Below, one piece after another: positions 9,215-16,750 of a stretch of DNA of 16,750 nt. The stretch's first letter is position 1. Each line of letters opens with the position of its first letter. Under the pieces are notes generated by a model. It was not told where the DNA came from. It ran no database searches and was given only the letters and a program-made list of their open reading frames with translations. The position numbers and the translations under genes were made by a program. The DNA is from Octopus sinensis (lineage: Eukaryota), in the NCBI RefSeq assembly GCF_006345805.1, contig NW_021825120.1, positions 1-16,750 of the forward strand, in the 5' to 3' direction.

Positions 9215-10010
9215 TGTCATGTGGGATTATATAGGAAAGTGAGGAGGGGGCGCAGTCATGTGGGAATATACGGATATGTGCGGACGTGACACAGTACAAA
9301 CATGTGGAAAGATATGAATGTGGGAAGAGGTAGCAATATCATGTGGGAGTAAACAGGTAATCTGTGTAGAGAAACTGCCATGTAGGAGTACATTGGTGTG
9401 TATTTGAAGGAGCTGCCACATGGGGGTGAGTGGTAAGGAGTAGAAGCAGTTTATAATTTCATGTGGAGGAATAGGACTGTGTGATAACGTAACATTGTCA
9501 CGTGCGAGCATGTGGGAGAATGAGTGTAAGGGGACGCTGAAAAGTTCTTGGCTTTAAGGGCATCGCGAAAAGCCTGGATGGAAGCCCAGCCTTCCGAGTT
9601 CTTTTACTGGGCTTAGAAAAACTGAAGGACGGCTTCAATAAGTGCGAGAACCTGAGAGGGGATATGTTGAGTAAAATCGTAATTAACTGATCCTCATGTA
9701 TTTCCTTTTACTCAAAGTCGGGAACTTTTCAGTTCCCTCTTCGTAGATAGCACAGTCATGTGATATGGATGGTTTTGTGAAGAGGTGACGTTACCTCATG
9801 GAAACTGTGATGATCACTGCCATGTGACACAGATGCTTGTGTGAAGACGTGAAAGTGTTATTTGGAAATGGCAGAGGTGTTTATGCAAAGAGGTAACATT
9901 ACCATATGAAAACCGTGGTGGTCATTTATGTAGCGGGGCGATGCTAATGTGAAGAGGTGGCATGAAGGAAAAGCGATGGAGGTTACAAGAAACGTCACAG
10001 TAATGCGGAA
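9215..10010. repeat. Degenerate G-rich tandem repeat with a recurring CATGTG(G) motif, interrupted by the MITE
   Basis: CATGTGGG, CATGTGGA and CATGTAGG recur at irregular spacing of a few tens of bp. Similar sequence occurs at ~8670-8770. Confidence 0.5.
9525..9745 (+). mobile_element. mariner-derived MITE (internally deleted Tc1/mariner element)
   Basis: Imperfect ~30-bp TIRs (GGGGACGCTGAAAAGTTCTTGGCTTT / AAAGTCGGGAACTTTTCAGTTCCCTCTTCGTA). The interior encodes a frameshifted QPSEFF..GLEKLKDGFNKCENLRG.YVE*, matching the mariner transposase C-terminal motif GIxKLxxRWxKCxxxxGxYVE. Confidence 0.85.
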
Positions 10011-10028
10011 ACTTGGAGCGTCGCTAAA

Positions 10029-10625
10029 GCGGCGAGGTGGCAGAAACGTTAGCACGCCGGGCGAAATGCTTAGCGGTATTTCGTCTGCCGTTACGTTCTA
10101 AGTTCAAATTCCGCCGAGGTCGACTTTGCCTTTCATTTTCGGGGTCGATAAATTAAGTACCAGTTACGCACTGGGATCGATGTAATCTACTTAATCCATT
10201 TGTCTGTCCTTGTTTGTCCCTTCTGTGTTTAGCCCCTTGTGGGTAGTAAAGAAATAGGTATTTCATCTACCGTTACGTTCTGAGTTCAAATTCCGCTGAG
10301 GTCGACTTTGCCTTTCATCCTTTCGGGGTCGAATAAATAAGTACCAGTTACGCACTGGGGTCGACATAACCGATTTAATTCGTTTGCCTGTCCTTGTTTG
10401 TCCCCTCTGTGTTTAACCCCTTGTGGGTAGTAAAGAAATAGGTATTTCGTCTGCCGCTACATTCTGAGTTCAAATTTCGCCGAGGTTGACTTTGCCTTTC
10501 ATCCTTTCGGGGTCGATAAATTAAGTATCAGTGAAACACTGGGGTCGATATAATCGGCTTAATCCGTTTGTCTATCCTTGTTTGTCACCCTCTGTGTGTA
10601 GCCTCTTGTGGGCAGTAAAGAAATA
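10029..10625 (+). mobile_element. SINE family 2 tandem trimer (one full-head unit plus two ~184-bp head-truncated units)
   Basis: GGTATTTC starts at 10075, 10257 and 10441; each unit ends GTAAAGAAATA. Confidence 0.92.
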
Positions 10626-10924
10626 GGAAACTTGGTGTGTATAGCACGGCGACACTTAGAAGCGACGCATTTGTAGAAGGCGGCACACTGATATGACGGC
10701 GCTGGGTTGGGGAGAAAGTGGCAAGAAAAACAACACTGTAGAAGGAAAATAAGCAGGAGATAAAAATCGAAAGTGAACCAATACAATCGATGAAAGATGT
10801 TCTTGAGTTGTTATTGTTCAGTGGTGGTTGTGGAGGAGGAAGAGGAAGAGGAGATAGTGTTGGGTAGTGGTGATAGTGTTGGGTGGTAATGGAGTATTGA
10901 CGTTAATACACATACTGGTATACA

Positions 10925-10976
10925 TATTGTGTGTGTGTATTTATGCATGTAAATATACATGCATATATATAATATG

Positions 10977-11037
<61 letters not shown>

Positions 11038-11191
11038 GCTTATATGTGTAAATTTGCATGCTTATATATATATATTTGTGTGTGTGAGTGATACGTGTGT
11101 GTGAGTGATGCGTGTGTGTATACGTACTGACATTTGTACATGCATACACTTATATTCGTATGTGTGCGTGCGTACCAGTGTGTGTGGGAGC

Positions 11192-11250
<59 letters not shown>
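10925..11250. repeat. Compound (TA)n/(TG)n microsatellite region
   Basis: Direct. Confidence 0.9.
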
Positions 11251-11252
<2 letters not shown>

Positions 11253-11364
11253 CGAGTGTATACAGAGGAATGAAAAGTGTAATGGTTTTTAATGGACACA
11301 AACGATAAAAGCAAAAACATAAAGCATTAAACAGGCAGAACAAGAGACGGTGACAGAACGTTGA

Positions 11365-11519
11365 AAGAGGGAGAGAGAGAGAGAGACAGATAGAGAGCGG
11401 GAGGAAAGAGAAAGGGTGAGAATGGAAGAGACTGAGAATGAGAGGGGTGGAAGGGAGAAGGAGAGGGAACGTTTATAGTGAAGAAGCTGAAAATACAAGA
11501 ATGATGTGTGGAAGGAGAA

Positions 11520-11616
<97 letters not shown>

Positions 11617-11930
11617 TAATATAATAATAAGAAGAAGAAGAAGAAGAGAAGAAAATGATGAAGAGAAGAAGATGATGATGAAGAGAAGAAGAAAGAAGAA
11701 GAAGAAGAAGAGATGAAGAAGAAGAAGATGATGATGAAGATGAAGAAGAAGAAGATTGAAGAAGAAGAAGATGATGATGAGATGAAGAGAAGAAGAAAGA
11801 AGCAAAAAAGAAGAAGAAGAAGAAGAAGAAGAAAGAAGAAGAAGAAAGAAGAAGAAGAAAGAAGAAGAAAGAAGAAGAAGAAGAAGAAGAAGAAGAAGAA
11901 AAGAAGAAGAAGAAGAAGAAGAAGAAGGGA
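11365..11930. repeat. Purine-rich low-complexity tract: (GA)n, (AAT)n, (GAA/GAT)n
   Basis: Direct; source of the poly-F/L/S/K/R ORFs. Confidence 0.95.
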
Positions 11931-12262
11931 AGTAGGGCACAAGGAGGATGTATATGCAAAGTGGCGTGTTGTTCTGCTGAAGAAAAAAAGGGGAAGTGTT
12001 AAAAGACGGAGCGCGAAGCGAGGAAGAATTGTGAGGTGGACCTAAGTCAACAGCAGGAAACGTGCTCTAAAGAGGGTAGCAATCGATGTAGCGAAATAAC
12101 ATTTACGACTGCAACAAAGGAAACAGGCATCGGCGAATGGTTGGCCGTGCAAAATGTTGTTGAAAGCGACACCGAATGTGCCAACGGCTAAAATGCTATC
12201 AGCTGGTCTTTTCCCATTGACGCCATCACGGACGTTTACGACCACGTGCTTGGTTGGCGGCA

Positions 12263-12293
<31 letters not shown>

Positions 12294-12415
12294 AAAAAAC
12301 TTTAAAGAAATAATAATAATAAAAAAATAGAAGTAAAAACAGTAAAAAGGAAGTAAAAATATAGAAAAAAAAACAAAGTTCACGCCGGTCTTAGTCCGAC
12401 CGCAATGCACCAGCG

Positions 12416-12548
12416 TCATCATCATCATCATCATCATCATCATCACTATCATCATCAACAATACAATCACCATTACCTCTAGCACCACTAGCGCAACCAC
12501 CACCACCACCACCACCACCACCACCAACACCAACACCAACACCACCAC

Positions 12549-12586
<38 letters not shown>

Positions 12587-12992
12587 ACATCAACACCATT
12601 GCATCACCAACACCACCGTCACCGTCATTATCATCACCACCATCACCATCACAGCCTATCACACACCCACCATCATTATTATCATCAACAGCGCCACCAC
12701 CGATTACGGCCACGACCACCACAACCACGCCCAGCAAGACGACGACGTCCACCACCACCAGCACTATCGTCACCACCACCACCGCACCCACCATAACAAT
12801 TGCTGCTGCTGCTGCTACTACTACTACTACTACTACCACTACCTTCATGAATCTTTAGAACTGGTACCAACTCCACCCTCGTTGCCGCTGCTGCTACTGT
12901 TGCCACTACTACTACTACTACTACTACTACGACTACTACTACGACTACTACTACTACTATTGTTGCCACTACTACTACTACTACTGCTGCTG

Positions 12993-13034
<42 letters not shown>

Positions 13035-13056
13035 ATGCTACTGCTGCTGCTGCTAC
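12416..13056. repeat. Compound trinucleotide tract (CAT)n/(CAC)n/(CTA)n/(CTG)n
   Basis: Direct. Confidence 0.93.
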
Positions 13057-13065
13057 AGTGTATTG

Positions 13066-13424
13066 TTTTTATCTTTTATCTTTAACTTTTACTTGTTTCA
13101 GTCACTAGACTTCGGCCATTCTGTGGCACCGCACTCAATAATTGTTAGTCGAATATACCGATCGTAGTACTTATTTTTTTAAAAGCTTGGTATTTATTTT
13201 ATTAGTGGACCTTGCCAAACTGTTAAGCTACGGGGACGTAAACACACCACCACCGGTTGTCAAGCGGTAGTGGAGGGACAAACACAAACACAAAGACACA
13301 CAAACATAGATACATATATACCACAGGCTTCTTTCAGTTTCCGTCAACCAATTCCACTCACAAAGCTTTGGTCGGTCTGAAACTATAGCAGAAGAAACTT
13401 GCCCAAGGTACCACATAGTGGGAC
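13066..13424 (-). mobile_element. Older, 5'-truncated SINE family 1 copy
   Basis: Colinear with 5924-6330 from the B-box region to the ACTTGTTTCAGTCA tail, with more divergence. Confidence 0.82.
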
Positions 13425-13780
13425 AACCAAAATTATCACCCCATCTCATTACCACCACCACCATCACCCAATCCACCACCACCACCACCACTAAACATCA
13501 ACACTATCTTAACGGTCACCATGACACGCATCACAGTAACGAACCGTCACTGTGGGCTACATTCATTGTAACGGTCAACTATCGAGACCTGAGGCCTTCA
13601 ACAATCTACATTAATATCTATTTTCGTTATATTTATCTGCAGTTCTAATTAACTCCCTTGTTGATTCCTCTGTCCCACGTTTCAACATTCACAAACCAAA
13701 CCGATTTACTGTCTGCTGTGTAACGTCTCTGCTGCTGGACGTACGAAACATTTTGTTTCAATAGATTTCTCTAACTGAGA

Positions 13781-14578
13781 GGGCGAGCTGGCAGAAACGT
13801 TAGCGCGCCGGGCGAAATGCGTAGCCGTATTTCGTCTGCCGTTACGTTCTGAGTTCAAATTCCGCCAAGGTCATCTTTGCCTTTCATCCTTTGGGAGTCG
13901 ATAAATTAAGTACCAGTTACGCACTGGGGTTGATGTATACGACTTAATCCCTTTGTCTGTCCATGTGTGGCCCCTCTATGTTTAGCCCCTTGTAGGCAAC
14001 AAAGAAATAAGAAACGTTAGCACACCGGGCGAAATGCTTAGCGGTATTTCGTCCGCCGTCACGTTGTGAGTTCAAATTCCGCCGAGGTCGACTTTGCTTT
14101 TCATCCTTTCGGAGTCGATAAATTAAGTACCAGTTACGCACTGGGGTCGATGTAATCGACTTAATACCTATGTCTGTCCTTGTTTGTCCTCTCTGTGTTT
14201 AGCCCCTTGTGGGTAATTAAGAAATAGGTATTTCGACTGTCTTTACGTTCTGAGTTCAAATTCCACCGAGGTCGACTTTACCTTTCATCCTTTCGGGATC
14301 GATTAAATAAGTACCAGTTACGCACTGGGGTCGATATAATCGACTTAATCCGTTTGTCTGTCCTTGTTTGTCCTCTCTGTGTTTAGCCCCTTGTGGGTAT
14401 AAAGAAATAGGTATTTCGTCTACCGCTACGTTCTGAGTTTAAATTCCGTCGAGGTGGACTTTGCCTTTCATCCTTCCGAGGTCGATAAATTTAGGACCAG
14501 TTGTGTACTGGGGTTGATCTAATCGACTGGCTCCCTCCCAAAAAATCTCTGGCCTTGTGCCTAGAGTAGAAAAGAATA
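13781..14578 (+). mobile_element. SINE family 2 tandem tetramer; the last unit carries tail type B
   Basis: Units start at 13781 (full head), 14010 (AGAAACGTTAG), 14227 and 14410 (GGTATTTC). The final unit ends TCTCTGGCCTTGTGCCTAGAGTAGAAAAGAATA, like 6502-6717. Confidence 0.92.
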
Positions 14579-14673
14579 TATTTTTCTATCTATTCTAATG
14601 TATGAAGAGTTAACTGTAAGAGATTCAAAAATGAAGCTATATTATAATTAGCTCTATATTATAAACATAAACG

Positions 14674-15248
14674 TATTTTACATTAGAAATATTATTATTT
14701 CTAAGTCTTTCTAAAGGAGACTACGGCAGTGGTACTGGATATTAACTGTTATCGCCAAGCTAATATGGCAGTGCATAAATATAGGACTAAAGCTGCCGTT
14801 GATTAGCTAGCTCCAAGAGACCATCGCCTCTAGCTAGCTATACGCCATACGAACCTGTGTCCATTATAACCTTCGAACAGGGGAGCTCAGCCGCTTCCTT
14901 TGCTGGTCAGGCATCTGCAGACATGTTTCAGGGTATTTGCCCTTTATCAATGCAGAGTAACCAAACCCAGCAGGCGTCGCTGCTGAACGTCTGTTCGAAG
15001 GATTATTTACCTAATTTCGGTGGAATACATCCACTGGTTTTCAAAAATAGAAATATTATTATTTCTAAGTCTCTCTAAAGGAGACTACGGCAGCGGTACT
15101 GGATATTAACAATTATAATAGACACAGGTTCATGTGTCATATAGCTAGCTAGAGGCGATGGCCTCTTGAAGCTAATCAACGGCAGCTTTAGTCCTATATT
15201 TATGGACTGCCATATTAGCTTGGCGAAAACTGTTAATATTTTACATTA
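14674..15248. repeat. Rearranged cassette A-B-C-A-B(inverted) bracketed by a 12-bp direct repeat
   Basis: A: 14684-14746 and 15048-15110 (61/63 identical). B: 14739-14869, inverted at 15113-15239 (10 substitutions plus a 4-nt indel). TATTTTACATTA at 14674-14685 and 15237-15248. Confidence 0.88.
14870..15001. other. 132-bp fold-back element with perfect 11-bp terminal inverted repeats (MITE-like or RNA hairpin)
   Basis: CCTTCGAACAG (14870-14880) and CTGTTCGAAGG (14991-15001), with further imperfect pairing inward. Confidence 0.6.
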
Positions 15249-15390
15249 TAAACACACATTTCAGGTAGACAGAAATGAGTACCACAGCAAATAGACTAAT
15301 AAATACCCGAAACCTAGAACATGCCGACTATAATAATCATTTGGGGGGAAAGCTTTAATATTACAATAACTTCAGGCAGAGAGTATTTTT

Positions 15391-15490
15391 TCCTTTCGGA
15401 GTCGATTAAATAAGTACCTGTTGAGTACTGGGGTAGATGTAATCGAGCGCCCCGCTTTCCGAAATTGCTCCTCTCGTACCTAAAGTTTTA
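15391..15490 (+). mobile_element. 5'-truncated SINE family 2 fragment with a third tail variant
   Basis: TCCTTTCGGAGTCGATTAAATAAGTACC...CTGGGGTAGATGTAATCGA, followed by a tail unlike types A and B. Confidence 0.7.
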
Positions 15491-15675
15491 AGTCCAATAT
15501 TACGAAACAGAAGCAAAGACGATTCAAATGCTATGTGAAAACATTTGAAGCGGGTGACAAAACTCATTAGCATTAAACATTTTTACCCAGTGCCCTCTCT
15601 CTCTCTCTCCGCTACTACTACTACACACACACATATTATGAGTATGTATTTTCCCACCCTGTACATACACATTTA

Positions 15676-15717
15676 TATTATATATATAATATAATATAAT
15701 AATATAATAATAATAAT

Positions 15718-15748
<31 letters not shown>

Positions 15749-15780
15749 TAATAATAATAATATAATAATAATAATAATGA

Positions 15781-15839
<59 letters not shown>

Positions 15840-15856
15840 TAATAATAATAATAATA
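15676..15856. repeat. (AAT)n imperfect microsatellite
   Basis: Direct. Confidence 0.95.
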
Positions 15857-15934
15857 GGGAATATGATTCCAAACTTACAGGGAAAAATTCAATTTAATAA
15901 TATCATATCAAATTTCACAATATATAATATATGC

Positions 15935-16192
15935 ATATAAATTAGAGAAGAACCTCCATGTAGCAATTCAACAATGATATACTTAAAGCATACCGTATAG
16001 AAAACAAAATTAAAGATATGATAAAACATATACCTAGAACTAAATTAAATACTATTATATACTATTTATTTATTATTTTCGATACTTTATTTAGTTCTAG
16101 GTAAATGTTTTATCGTATTTTAAATTTTTTTTCTTTATGGTATGATTCAAGTATATTCATTGTTGAATTGCTACATGGTGGTTCTTCTCTAA

Positions 16193-16199
<7 letters not shown>
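15935..16199. repeat. ~265-bp AT-rich inverted repeat (arms ~111 bp, ~90% identical, ~43-bp spacer)
   Basis: 15935-16045 is the reverse complement of 16089-16199, with 11 differences by manual alignment over the core 106 bp. Abuts (TA)n at 16196-16240. Confidence 0.92.
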
Positions 16200-16244
<45 letters not shown>

Positions 16245-16750
16245 CATACACACACCACACACACACGAACGCTGTGTGTGTACGTATGCAGAGGTATTAT
16301 TTTTCCTTTTCAGCTAAGAATGTTCGCCTATTGTCTGTGTACCTGTCTATCTATCTGTTTATATTTGTCTCCATTGATTTACAAGCCTACGTAAATCAAT
16401 TCACCGATAAACAACGTTGCAATGATGTAAAACCAACCTACTTAGAAGGAATCAGTCTCAATAAAAACACGCTCACGCACACACCACACATAACACTAGC
16501 GAAATAACAAGAGAAACACTCCAGAAAACAAATGAAAATATGTCGGTGGCAATCGGATATTTCCGGACATATGTTAGCGCCATATTTACTCAATTTGTCG
16601 GTGATCTTTACCTCGATCCTGACCCGGTGGTAATATTTCGATACCTACATCGCAGGAAAACGCTGTGCAGAACTTCTGATGATCGATGGGAAAAACTAAC
16701 AGTTTACTTTCAGTTGACGAGAACCATGCACAGATTACGATACATTTTCT

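Noticed and set aside
10029-10625. CRISPR-like or simple satellite interpretation of the ~184-bp arrays
   Set aside because: There are no unique spacers, the units are SINE-derived and the context is eukaryotic.
12190-12260. Cadherin-like VVVNVRD motif in the minus-strand ORF
   Set aside because: It lacks the following DxNDNxP calcium-binding motif and the rest of a cadherin repeat.
167-16317. Supplied ORFs rich in V/G/W/C/Y/I/H/T/L/F/S/K/R homopolymers or dipeptide repeats
   Set aside because: They are translations of microsatellites or SINE interiors; no domain is recognisable.
16670-16715. Hammerhead-like CTGATGA (16676-16682) ... GAAA with a plausible stem III
   Set aside because: No stem II and no stem I pairing.

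Overview
Repeat-dominated eukaryotic non-coding DNA with no protein-coding gene I can support. It is most likely intronic or intergenic sequence from an octopus-type (coleoid cephalopod) genome; this is inferred from recalled SINE and MITE families, not from a database search. Nearly all supplied ORFs are translations of microsatellites. The window holds three tRNA-derived SINE families (about a dozen loci, some nested or multimeric), a degraded 3' end of a CR1/Jockey-like LINE ORF2 on the minus strand, a mariner-derived MITE and many simple repeats. The most notable structures are two SINE multimer arrays that share an identical internal restart junction and position-specific variants, and a high density of fold-back DNA: serial TA-centred palindromes, a 19-bp hairpin, an A-B-C-A-B' rearranged cassette and a ~265-bp inverted repeat. 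All coordinates and identities were read by eye.
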